In this document: piece by piece, positions 1 to 8,498 of the stretch
Layout of the letters: each line of letters opens with the position of its first letter
Numbering within the stretch: position 1 is the stretch's first letter
Assembly (NCBI GenBank): GCA_965208105.1
Contig: OZ242318.1
Location: 2,240,001-2,304,000, forward strand
Reading direction: 5' to 3'
Length of the DNA: 64,000 bases
From: Candidatus Latescibacterota bacterium
Lineage (GTDB): Bacteria; Latescibacterota; UBA2968; UBA8231
Notes under the pieces: generated by a model
What the model was told of the DNA's origin: nothing
What the model saw: the letters and a program-made list of their open reading frames with translations, nothing else
The model's database searches: none
Made by a program: the position numbers and the translations under genes

Positions 1-137
1 CACACCGAGACCACGTCATAGGTGGCGTCGCAGCGCAGAAACCCCATGTCGATAATGGGAATGCGGGCTTCGGTCAGGGCCACGTATTCGCCGTCGACCC
101 ACGCACAGCCACTCTCGAACCGTTCTCGCTCCTGCAT
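1..137 (-). CDS. PLP fold-type IV aminotransferase, (R)-amine transaminase-like; 5' part only, runs off the window
   Basis: Hand translation from ATG at 137: MQERERFESGCAWVDGEYVALTEARIPIIDMGFLRCDATYDVVSV, the typical class IV N-terminus (AWVDGEY..EARIP..D.GF...D.TYDV). Not in the ORF track because it is truncated. Confidence 0.85.
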   Translation of the reverse strand, partial: MQERERFESGCAWVDGEYVALTEARIPIIDMGFLRCDATYDVVSV

Positions 138-253
138 TGTACCGTCCTGACCTCCGGCGCCGAACCCGGAACCGGATTCGCCCTCCGGGAGCGCTGCGAC
201 CGGCCGCAACCGCCGTTTCCCGGTCGATTCTCCTCAGCGCTCTCCGGAATGTT

Positions 254-1072
254 TCACATGGCTTCGCGCAGGGTGTTGATGAAGCGAACATCGATCCGGG
301 TCAGATCCACCACCGTCTCCACGTCCTCGCCGCTGTACTCGCTGTGAAAGCTAATGGCCCCTTCGAAATCCAGCCGCTTCAGCGCGTGCAGCACGGCGGA
401 CCAGTCCACCAGTCCCTGACCCAGGCGCACCACACTCTTCCCCCAGGTGTATCTTCCGTTGCGCACGCTGCGCCGCTGCACCATGTCCTTGAAGGCCACT
501 ACCGCCAGGTAGTCGCGCACGATGTCCAGGGCCATGGCCGCGGGTTCGCCGCAGATGGAGAGGTGCCCCGGGTCGGAGAATACACCGACGAGCCGGGGGT
601 CGAATCCCCTCACGATATTCATCGCGGCGCAGGAGTTCAGGCCCATGGAGTTCCCCGAATGATTGTGCACCACGCTTTGCACTCCATGCTTGCGGGAAAG
701 CTCTTCGAAGCCTTCGACCCAGCTGCGAATCTGGTCCACCTGATCCCAGTAGTGCTGCTCCGCGCTCCAGTGCCAGTAGCCCAGCTTGATGTGCCTCACC
801 CCCGCTTCTCCGCAGGCCCCATAGAGCCGGTCCGCGTAGTCCATGTCGGGCCGGACGAAGTCTCCGGGCGCCGTGACCAGGGGAATCTCGAGACCTGCCT
901 CAGCGAACTGCCGCGCTGCCCGGGGCAGCGCGCTGGCGACATTCTGCGGATCGACCGGATATCCCGGACGCACGCACAAGTCCGCTCCATCGAGGCCGAG
1001 ACCCGTCAATGCCTGTATGAGGCCCGCCAGGTCCAGCCCTTCGAGATGCTTGGTGAACATGATGAAATGCAT
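254..1072 (-). CDS. Sugar phosphate isomerase/epimerase (xylose isomerase-like TIM barrel)
   Basis: ORF 254..1108; ATG at 1072 with GGAG upstream; motifs HNH, DPGH, FKD and HSEY. Confidence 0.85.
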   Translation of the reverse strand: MHFIMFTKHLEGLDLAGLIQALTGLGLDGADLCVRPGYPVDPQNVASALPRAARQFAEAGLEIPLVTAPGDFVRPDMDYADRLYGACGEAGVRHIKLGYWHWSAEQHYWDQVDQIRSWVEGFEELSRKHGVQSVVHNHSGNSMGLNSCAAMNIVRGFDPRLVGVFSDPGHLSICGEPAAMALDIVRDYLAVVAFKDMVQRRSVRNGRYTWGKSVVRLGQGLVDWSAVLHALKRLDFEGAISFHSEYSGEDVETVVDLTRIDVRFINTLREAM

Positions 1073-1314
1073 GAACTCGTTCTCCGGTGGCCGCGGAGCA
1101 ATGGACAAGGGACCGCAGGTTTTCTTATTCTAGGTGGTCGGCCCCGCCGAAATTCCTGGAATCCTCGCTCGCGTGAATCCCGGCCTTCGGCTTCGTGCGC
1201 TCCGGCGCCCGGGGCAATATAGATGCGCCGGGGAACGGGTGTCAAGAGCGGTCGCGCGGGCCGGGGAACCGTTCCGGCTGCGCTTCTGGCGCTGCCGTCC
1301 CGAGGGAGAAAACC

Positions 1315-2412
1315 GTGCAGCAGAGAAGCGAATTGGCAAGCCGGATCGACCGATTCAGCAAAGATCCAGGCGCTGCACCACCCCCCGCCGCCATTGTCGA
1401 ATCAGGCCTGGAAGTGCTCCCGGTTGTGCGCGATCTACTTTCCGCCGATCTGCCCCTGGAGGAAGCGGAGAGACTGGAGATGATCGCCAAGGCCGTGCTC
1501 AGGAAAAGCATGTCGGCGGGGACTTCCGGCGCGGTGGCGCGGCAGATCGCCCTATTTCAAAAAGAGCTCGGTTTCATCTTCAAATTCAAGCCCTACGCGG
1601 TCAAAGCCTCGGTCCCCCTGGGATACTCGATCTTCCTGCAGAACCCGGCCGAGGGCTTCAGCTTTCAGCAACATATCACCCACAAGGTCGAGGTTTTTCA
1701 CGTCCTGGAGGCCAAACCCGGAGGCTATGTTTTCCTGTGCGGCCTTTCCGATTGGAAAAGCCACTACGATCCATCCTCCTTTCGCCGCTGGCTGGAGGGC
1801 GAGCCGCACCATTTCTTCGACCGCTGCAGATTCACACCTCAAGCGGGCGACGTGTTCATCATTTCCGCGCTCGCTACGGTGCACACGGTCATCGGCTGCG
1901 TGCTGGAAGAATTCGCCACCGTTTCCACCGATATGGTCGACCGCCTGCACGACCAGAACGCGGGAAAATCCATTCCAACCCACTTCAACCGCGAATATGC
2001 CGAAATGCAGCTCGAGACCCTGGCGCTGCCGGGGAAAAACCGCGTGGTAGACATGTTTTCGCGCGGCGGCGGAATCCGCAGCCTCCATCCGGCCCGCGTT
2101 CCCGGAGGGACGGAAACGGTTCTCACCGACTCGTTTCTTCGGGCTTCCCACCGCACGGTAGAGCCGCGCAAAGAGAGCGCGATGGAGAAAGACCCCGGAC
2201 GCGCCGCGTTCGTTCGCGTACACGCCGGAGAGGGAAGAATCTTCATTGCCGCGGAGAACGAACTCGATCGTCCAGGCCGGACTTCGATCCCTCTTGCCGC
2301 GGGAGACCTGTTCATGATACCCCCCGGGATACACTACGGCTTCAAGAACGAGACCGACGATCCCCTGACCTGCTCCGAGCACCGGATCGAAACAGAAAAG
2401 GCATTCATATGA
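1315..2412 (+). CDS. Cupin protein, probable divergent type I mannose-6-phosphate isomerase
   Basis: GTG at 1315 after GGGAG. FSFQQH..K.E, GDVFII..TVH and D...RLHD resemble the bacterial PMI Zn-site pattern (Q,H,E,H). Second cupin at the C-terminus (GDLFMIPPGIHYGF). Lies directly upstream of ManC. Confidence 0.65.
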   Translation: MQQRSELASRIDRFSKDPGAAPPPAAIVESGLEVLPVVRDLLSADLPLEEAERLEMIAKAVLRKSMSAGTSGAVARQIALFQKELGFIFKFKPYAVKASVPLGYSIFLQNPAEGFSFQQHITHKVEVFHVLEAKPGGYVFLCGLSDWKSHYDPSSFRRWLEGEPHHFFDRCRFTPQAGDVFIISALATVHTVIGCVLEEFATVSTDMVDRLHDQNAGKSIPTHFNREYAEMQLETLALPGKNRVVDMFSRGGGIRSLHPARVPGGTETVLTDSFLRASHRTVEPRKESAMEKDPGRAAFVRVHAGEGRIFIAAENELDRPGRTSIPLAAGDLFMIPPGIHYGFKNETDDPLTCSEHRIETEKAFI

Positions 2413-2520
2413 GGCACTTCACCAGGACACGGACATGAACGCGACTTCGGACCGCTCCGCCACCAGGAATCGCAGCTCGCGGCCCACCACCATGGGGGAA
2501 CCTTGCGGGGGAAGAATTCC

Positions 2521-3600
2521 ATGAAATTCGTCATTCGCGCCGGCGGCATCGGCACCCGCCTGTGGCCATTCAGCCGGGTCCGGCGCCCCAAGCAATTCCA
2601 CGCCATGTCCGGAGAGCGCACCATGGTCCAGGATGCGTTCGCACGCCTGAAGCCGCTCGCGGCGCCGGAGGACATCTACGTCTCGACCGGTGCCGACCTG
2701 GCCGGCCTGGTGCGGGACCAGCTTCCCGGCCTGGCGCCGGACCACCTCATCGTCGAGCCTGCACTGCGCAACACCGGTCCCGCCGTGGGCCTGGAGTGCG
2801 CCCTTCTCGAAGCGCGCCATCCCGGCTGCACCGTCGCCAGCCTGGGATCCGATCACCACATAGGGAAGGAAGAGGAGTTTCGCCGCCTGCTCGAGATTGC
2901 GGCCGCCGCCCTGGAGCGCCATCCCCGGTACCTCTTCGCCCTCGGCGTCGCGCCCACCCGGGTGGAAACCGGTTACGGCTACATCTGTAAGGGAGAGCTG
3001 CTCGACGAGGTCGCGGGTGTGCCCATCCACACCGTTGCCCGCTTCACCGAGAAACCGGGGGAGGAACAGGCCCGGGCTTACCTGGAGAGCGGCCGCTACC
3101 TGTGGAACACCAACATGTTCGCCTGGAAGGCTGCGACCGTGCTCGATCTTTTTTCCCGCTTCGAACCGGAGATCCACCAGGCTCTCATGCGCATCAAGGC
3201 GGCGGCCGGGTCTTCCGCCGAGGAGGCCGTTATCGCGCGGGAATACCCCCGCCTAAAGTCGATCGCGGTGGACCACGCCATTCTCGAGCGCGCCGGGCAC
3301 GTGGCCGCCATAGAGGCCGAAATGGCCTGGGGCGACATCGGCAGCTGGGCGGCCCTCACCGACGTTCTGCCAGCGGACGAAGACGGCAATCTCTTCGCCG
3401 GCGAGGTCCTCGCCCTGGACACGCGCAATGTTACCGCCTACGGGGCAAGGGACAAGCTGGTTGCCCTGGTGGGAGTGGAGGACCTGGTGGTGGTTGATAC
3501 GGAAGACGCCCTGCTGGTGTGCCGCAAGGAAGAGGCGCAGCGCGTCAGGGAAGTTCTGGAGCGCTTGCAGCGCCGGGAGAAGTTCCGCCGCTATCTGTGA
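2521..3600 (+). CDS. manC: Mannose-1-phosphate guanylyltransferase (monofunctional)
   Basis: AGGIGTRLWP..R..RPKQF, EP..RNT, SDH, ETGYGYI, F.EKP, WNT.MF, W.D.GSW; C-terminal beta-helix; no fused PMI domain. Confidence 0.93.
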   Translation: MKFVIRAGGIGTRLWPFSRVRRPKQFHAMSGERTMVQDAFARLKPLAAPEDIYVSTGADLAGLVRDQLPGLAPDHLIVEPALRNTGPAVGLECALLEARHPGCTVASLGSDHHIGKEEEFRRLLEIAAAALERHPRYLFALGVAPTRVETGYGYICKGELLDEVAGVPIHTVARFTEKPGEEQARAYLESGRYLWNTNMFAWKAATVLDLFSRFEPEIHQALMRIKAAAGSSAEEAVIAREYPRLKSIAVDHAILERAGHVAAIEAEMAWGDIGSWAALTDVLPADEDGNLFAGEVLALDTRNVTAYGARDKLVALVGVEDLVVVDTEDALLVCRKEEAQRVREVLERLQRREKFRRYL

Positions 3601-3665
3601 CCGGACTGACCGCCGATCCTGCGGCAGCGGGAAGCGCTTCCGCCCGCGGGATGCCCCCTGTATAC

Positions 3666-3698
3666 CTCCGCCCGGCTCGACCTGCCTCGGAGGCGGAG
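3666..3698. terminator. Hairpin between convergent manC and tatC
   Basis: CTCCGCC (3666-3672) / GGCGGAG (3692-3698) inverted repeat; no U-tract. Confidence 0.3.
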
Positions 3699-3701
3699 TC
3701 A

Positions 3702-4601
3702 TCAATCCTCGCCAACCTCCTCGTCCGTCTCCTGCCGCGGCCGGGATACCTTCACCACCCAGATGCTGATTTCGTAGAGCAACAGGACGGGGAGCGCCAT
3801 CAGGATCTGGGACAGCGGATCGGGCGGTGTGAAGATGGCTGCCACGACGAAGATTGCGGCGATGGCATAGCGCCGGATCCGGCGCATGTAATCGGGGGTG
3901 AGCAGCCCGAGGCGGGAGAGGAAGAGGGCCACCACCGGCATCTCGAAGACCAGGCCGAATCCCACCAGCAGCCTTAATACAAAGCCGATATAGGTGTCCG
4001 CCGCCCATTGCGAGGTCATGTCCGGCGGTTCCAGGGCAAGGAAGAAGCGCAGCCCCAAGGGCAGCACGATCCAGTAGGCAACCAGGGCGCCGGCGGTGAA
4101 ACACAGGACGCTGAGGCCGATGAGCGGCAGGGCGATGCGCTTCTCGCTGCTCAGCAGGCCGGGTGCGACGAACCGCCAGACCTGGTAGAAGACCACCGGC
4201 AGGGCCAGCACGAGGCCGCCTATGAGGGCGATCTGCAGACTGATGAAAAAGTAGGTCATTGGCTTGAGCGACTGCAGCCGGCGCGAGTCGGGCAGAGCCT
4301 GATCGGGCTCCGAGATCCCTGACTCGGCCCCGGGAGACGGCGAGCCCATCCACTCCTCCAGCAGCTTCCGGACCGCATCCACGGCACCCGGAGGGCGCTC
4401 GCTCTCCAGGCTCCGGACCGCTTCCTCGTAGGGGTAGGTCAAAAGTTTCAGGAGTTGGTCGGAGAAAACGAAGCAGACCACAGCTCCCACGATGACCGCC
4501 GCCAGGGCTTTGAGGATGCACCAGCGCAGCTCCTCGAGGTGGCCCAGGAAGGGCATTTCCTTGCGATCTTTCTGCCTGGACTCGTCCAGAAGGTTCTCCA
4601 A
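3702..4601 (-). CDS. tatC: Twin-arginine translocase subunit TatC
   Basis: EMPFLGHLEELR, YQVWRFVAPGL..SEKR, GLVFEMP, AAIFTPPDP.SQ; about 6 TM segments. Confidence 0.95.
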   Translation of the reverse strand: MENLLDESRQKDRKEMPFLGHLEELRWCILKALAAVIVGAVVCFVFSDQLLKLLTYPYEEAVRSLESERPPGAVDAVRKLLEEWMGSPSPGAESGISEPDQALPDSRRLQSLKPMTYFFISLQIALIGGLVLALPVVFYQVWRFVAPGLLSSEKRIALPLIGLSVLCFTAGALVAYWIVLPLGLRFFLALEPPDMTSQWAADTYIGFVLRLLVGFGLVFEMPVVALFLSRLGLLTPDYMRRIRRYAIAAIFVVAAIFTPPDPLSQILMALPVLLLYEISIWVVKVSRPRQETDEEVGED

Positions 4602-4846
4602 TCTCTCGAAATCGATTTCCCCGGCGGCGGCGACTCGGAACCCCGTGCTTGAATCCCTGCCAGCTTCGCCCCGGGCGCATCCTACCCTCCCGCCTCGCGC
4701 ACCCGGGGGGCGCGGAAGGAGCGAGTTCCCTAGACCTTATGTATTGACGGAGATATGAAAGACCTCCTCCGACTCGGTTGTCGGGGGTTATCTTTGGGAA
4801 AACGGAGTTCACCCAAAGACCTATCCCCAGCGAGAAGGAGGAGGCC

Positions 4847-5986
4847 ATGCGTAAATCTACGAAATTCGTCGCCTTGGACATACATAAAGATTCGATCACC
4901 GTCGCCCTGGCCGGTGAAGGCCGAAAAGGGCCAGACCTGTATGGAACGATACCGTCTACGGGCGCCGCGTTGTCCAAGCTGGCGGGCCAACTGGCCCGTG
5001 GTGGGACCTCGTTGCGGTTTTGCTACGAGGCCGGACCCTGCGGCTACGGCGTCTACCGTCAGCTCACAGCCCTGGGGCACGCCTGCACGGTGGTGGCGCC
5101 CTCGCTGATCCCGCGTCGGCCGGGCGACCGCATCAAGACCGACCGCCGCGATGCTGTGTCTCTGGTGCGGCTTTTCCAACACGGCGAGTTGACCCCCGTG
5201 TGGGTGCCCGACGAAGCGCAGGAGGCGATGCGCGATCTGGAGCGCTGCCGGGAAGACTTCAAGCACGCCGAGCGCCGCGTGCGCCAGCGGCTGAACAGCT
5301 TCTTGCAGCGCCACGGCCGGATCTACTCCGGGCGCAGTCGCTGGACCCAAGCCCACTTTCGCTGGCTGGAGACCCAGCGCTTCGATCATCCGGCCCAGCA
5401 GATCGTCTTTCAGGAATACGTGGACGCGGTACAGGAAGCCCAAGGTCGGATCCAGGGGTTGGACCAGGCCCTGCAGCAGGCGCTGGAGGGATGGTCTTTG
5501 GAAGGGGAGACGCGGGCTATGAGGGCGCTGCGCGGGGTAGACACGCTCACCGCGGTTACGACCCTGGCCGAGTTGGGGGACCTCACCCGCTTTGACTCGC
5601 CGCGCCAACTGATGGCCTTCGTCGGTCTGGTCCCCAGCGAGCATTCCAGCGGCTCCCGCCAAAAGCGAGGGGCGATCACCAAGGCGGGCAACGCCCACGT
5701 GCGGCGCGTGCTGGTGGAAGCCGCCTGGTGCTATCGCTTTCCCGCCCGCAAGACGGCCGCCTTGCAACGACGCGCCGAACAGACCGCACCCCCCATACAG
5801 GCCATCGCCTGGAAGGCACAGAAACGCCTGTGTGGGCGCTATCGACGGCTGAGTGGGCGAGGGATGCCGAAAAACAAAGTCTGCACCGCGATCGCGCGGG
5901 AGCTTTTGGGTTTCATCTGGGCCATCGCCTGGGAGCAGAAACGCCCCGGCCGCCTCGTGGCCAGGAGGCCTCGGATCGCCGCCTGA
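4847..5986 (+). CDS. IS110-family DEDD recombinase/transposase
   Basis: AAGGAGGAGG RBS; RuvC-like D-E-D-D (ALDIHK, CYEAG, KTDRRDA); C-terminal GLVPSEHSSG catalytic-Ser loop; frame uninterrupted. Confidence 0.97.
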   Translation: MRKSTKFVALDIHKDSITVALAGEGRKGPDLYGTIPSTGAALSKLAGQLARGGTSLRFCYEAGPCGYGVYRQLTALGHACTVVAPSLIPRRPGDRIKTDRRDAVSLVRLFQHGELTPVWVPDEAQEAMRDLERCREDFKHAERRVRQRLNSFLQRHGRIYSGRSRWTQAHFRWLETQRFDHPAQQIVFQEYVDAVQEAQGRIQGLDQALQQALEGWSLEGETRAMRALRGVDTLTAVTTLAELGDLTRFDSPRQLMAFVGLVPSEHSSGSRQKRGAITKAGNAHVRRVLVEAAWCYRFPARKTAALQRRAEQTAPPIQAIAWKAQKRLCGRYRRLSGRGMPKNKVCTAIARELLGFIWAIAWEQKRPGRLVARRPRIAA

Positions 5987-6018
5987 TAAGCTCATCGTCT
6001 CAGAAGCCGGCATAGGAC

Positions 6019-6226
6019 CTTTGCTCATGTAAATCGAAACGGGACAGAAGGGACCGGTCAGGAGAATCCTCGAAGACACTATGAGGCGCCTATCAGGCTG
6101 ACCCTCGACTCTAGATTGAGGCCGCTCCGCGACGCACCCAGGACAGGCGGTAACCAACCCGCGAATATCAGTCGGATCAACCGTCGCTACAGCGTCCCTT
6201 CTGTTCCCGAACAAACTCATGCAAAG
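6019..6226 (+). ncRNA. Predicted bridge RNA/seekRNA of the IS1111-type element
   Basis: Enclosing stem CGGGACAGAAGGGAC (6040-6054) / GTCCCTTCTGTTCCCG (6194-6209). Internal GACACT (6075-6080), CTCTAG (6109-6114) and ATATCAG (6165-6171) match the target and donor junction sequences. Confidence 0.75.
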
Positions 6227-6281
6227 ATAACACCCGAAATGACCACCCCGGAGGGGGTTGACAACCGTCAATACATATCAG

Positions 6282-6441
6282 TGTCCCGTCGCAGAGATAG
6301 GTTGACGCAATTGGGCCGCCGAGGCGCCCGGCTCACAAGGCGCCTGAGCGAGTCGTACCAGTGGTGTACGGCGAGTGAAGGCAACGCCGTGAGCCGGGAT
6401 GGATCGGTGGAATAATGGCGACATATCTCTGCGACGGGACA
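6282..6441. mobile_element. ~160-bp palindromic MITE/REP-like element bounded by CTAG
   Basis: Terminal IR TGTCCCGTCGCAGAGATA (6282-6299) / TATCTCTGCGACGGGACA (6424-6441). Inner IRs CCCGGCTCAC (6327-6336) / GTGAGCCGGG (6389-6398) and GTCGTAC / GTACGGC. CTAG at 6442-6445, and CTAG is restored on the left when the IS is removed. Confidence 0.85.
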
Positions 6442-8040
6442 CTAGTTGCGCGCGAAAACCCCCTTCACTCTGACGGCAACCAAGCCGGCCAGGCAGACGA
6501 CCGCGCCCAGCAGCATGGCGCGGGCGAAGAGGTCGCCGTGGCGCGTGTAGAAGGTGAGACCGCCCCCGACGTCAACGTCTCCCACCCGCACGGCCGGCTC
6601 GAAAATCCCGGTGGCCTGGTAGGTTCGCCCGAAGGGATCAATGAATAGGGAAATCCCACTGGTGGCGCAACGGGCGATGGAGGTGCGGTTCTCGACGGCG
6701 CGAAGGACGGCCAGTTGCGCGTGCTGGTATGGTCCGGCGGTGCGCCCGAACCAGGAGTCGTTGGTGATGTTGATCAACAGCTGCGCCCCCGCCTGCACGC
6801 GCTGCCGCGCCAGATCGGGAAAGACGGATTCGAAACATATGAGCACGGCGAAGGTCGCTTCGGAATGGCTGAACAAGGTGTGTTCCCTGCCCCTGGCGAA
6901 CTCGGCCGGACCGAGATCGCCGGTGAGGGCGGTCCAGTCGATCCCGCGCAGCAGGGGGATGCTGTCCCGGAAGGGGGTGCGTTCGCCAAAGGGGACCAGG
7001 TGCATTTTGGCATAGACCTGCAGATCGGGGTGCCCGGGACTGGCGAAAAAGGCTGAATTATAGGGCTCGCCGCCCGATGGACCATAGTCCGAGGCCCCGG
7101 TGAGCAGGGGTATCCGCAGGTCCTTCACCAGTCGCTCCACCCTGCCCCTGCAACCGGGGCGCCAGCGCAGGTAACAGGGCAGGGCGGTCTCGGGCCAGAC
7201 GAGAAGGGCGGGATTCCGGGCAGCCGCCTGTCGCGACAAGCTCTCGAGGGTGGCAAAGCTGCGGCCGAGGCCGCCGGGCCCCCATTTCTCCTCGCGGGAC
7301 AGGTTGGGCTGGACCAGGGCGACCCGCATTTTCGGGCCCGGCAGGGACGAGGGCGGTATCGAAGCGCGGCCGTGGACCCAGGGTCCCGCTATCCACAGAA
7401 CCAGACCACCCAGCAGCGCCGTCCGCCGCCGGATCCCCATGGGAGCGGCGAGAATGAGAAATACCAGCACATTGACCAGGGCGAGCCAGAAGGAGACCCC
7501 GTAGACCCCGGTAATCGAGGCGTACTGGATCAGGGCGGGAAAGACCGCCTGGGTGTTGCCCAGAAGCAGCCAGGGGAATCCCAGCTCGCCCAGCGAGAGC
7601 AGGTACTCCTGGGCCGACCACAGGACGGGAGCCAGGAGCAGGGCGCGCCGGCCCCAGCGCTGCATCGAGCCGCCCAGCAATCCGGCGAATACGGCGATGA
7701 ACAGGCCCAGGTAGGCGGCCATGAGCACGGTGCCGCCTACTACGGCCGGTCCTCCTCCCTGGGTGTGGGCGACCCAGTAGAGACTGCACAGATTGAAGGT
7801 GAAGCCGGTAACCCATCCCCGCCGAAACCCCTCTTTGAAACCACAGCCCTGCAGGGCCGCGAACAGGGGGATCAGCGCAGTCCAGGCCCAGCCGCCGTGA
7901 TAGAGAATGGCCAGAGGATTTTCGGGATGGCAGGGAAAGGACAGGGCAAGCAGCATCCCCGACAGTATGGGGAGTATGCATCCGCGGAAATGCCGGTTGG
8001 AGCCGGTGAGGGCCAGGCTGGCTGCGGAGATCTGGAGCAT
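6442..8040 (-). CDS. lnt: Apolipoprotein N-acyltransferase
   Basis: N-terminal TM domain, GFPW, VQPN, WPET, K.HLVPFGE, ICFES, TNDSWFG...GPYQH, RAVENR. Start codon uncertain. Confidence 0.95.
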   Translation of the reverse strand: MLQISAASLALTGSNRHFRGCILPILSGMLLALSFPCHPENPLAILYHGGWAWTALIPLFAALQGCGFKEGFRRGWVTGFTFNLCSLYWVAHTQGGGPAVVGGTVLMAAYLGLFIAVFAGLLGGSMQRWGRRALLLAPVLWSAQEYLLSLGELGFPWLLLGNTQAVFPALIQYASITGVYGVSFWLALVNVLVFLILAAPMGIRRRTALLGGLVLWIAGPWVHGRASIPPSSLPGPKMRVALVQPNLSREEKWGPGGLGRSFATLESLSRQAAARNPALLVWPETALPCYLRWRPGCRGRVERLVKDLRIPLLTGASDYGPSGGEPYNSAFFASPGHPDLQVYAKMHLVPFGERTPFRDSIPLLRGIDWTALTGDLGPAEFARGREHTLFSHSEATFAVLICFESVFPDLARQRVQAGAQLLINITNDSWFGRTAGPYQHAQLAVLRAVENRTSIARCATSGISLFIDPFGRTYQATGIFEPAVRVGDVDVGGGLTFYTRHGDLFARAMLLGAVVCLAGLVAVRVKGVFARN

Positions 8041-8153
8041 CGGCTGCCGGGGTGGTGAGTTATGAGGCCGTGGAGAAGTGCGGAGACGGGCGCGGGCAGG
8101 GATGGAGCATGGCCGGCAAATATAGACCGGTGCGCGGCGGCGGGCAAGGAAGG

Positions 8154-8169
8154 TGGCACGAATTCTGCT
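8154..8169 (+). promoter_or_regulatory. Candidate sigma-54 (-24/-12) promoter upstream of radC
   Basis: TGGCACGAATTCTGCT, GG-N10-GC, one mismatch to TGGCACG-N4-TTGC; intergenic. Confidence 0.4.
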
Positions 8170-8498
8170 TCGACGGAGGTTGCCCGGTCCGTCCCGGATT
8201 TGGTGAAGGACCCGATTGCAATGGTAGCTGCAGGGCAGTGAGCGGGCTGTCCCCTTGAACCCCTTCCGCTGCCCCGGTCTTCCCCCGGGCCGGCGCAAAT
8301 GGAGGAAGGAAAATTCGCCCGGAAATTTCCTCATGGTTTCTTCCGGGTGCTATGTTGGCAGGAGAGGAGAACAGGAATGGTTCGTTTCTTACACGCATCG
8401 GCCGGAGAGGCAGGAGAATCATGCACTCGGAAGTAAGCTGGGAAGAAAAAAATTTGAACAACGGGGTCGGATGCCTGCCGCCAAGGAAAGGTTCCCCC

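Larger units (their letters stand above)
4732..6281 (+). mobile_element. IS110-family, IS1111-type insertion sequence (complete)
   Basis: Perfect 13-bp sub-terminal IRs TATGTATTGACGG (4738-4750) / CCGTCAATACATA (6265-6277). AG core dinucleotide at both junctions (4732-4733, 6280-6281). Long 3' non-coding end; TTGACA at 6258-6263. Confidence 0.93.

Noticed and set aside
6258-6281. Strong junction promoter on IS circularisation
   Set aside because: TTGACA is present, but the reconstructed junction (..CATATC-AG-ACCTTATG..) gives no good -10 at 16-18 bp, so it is not called.
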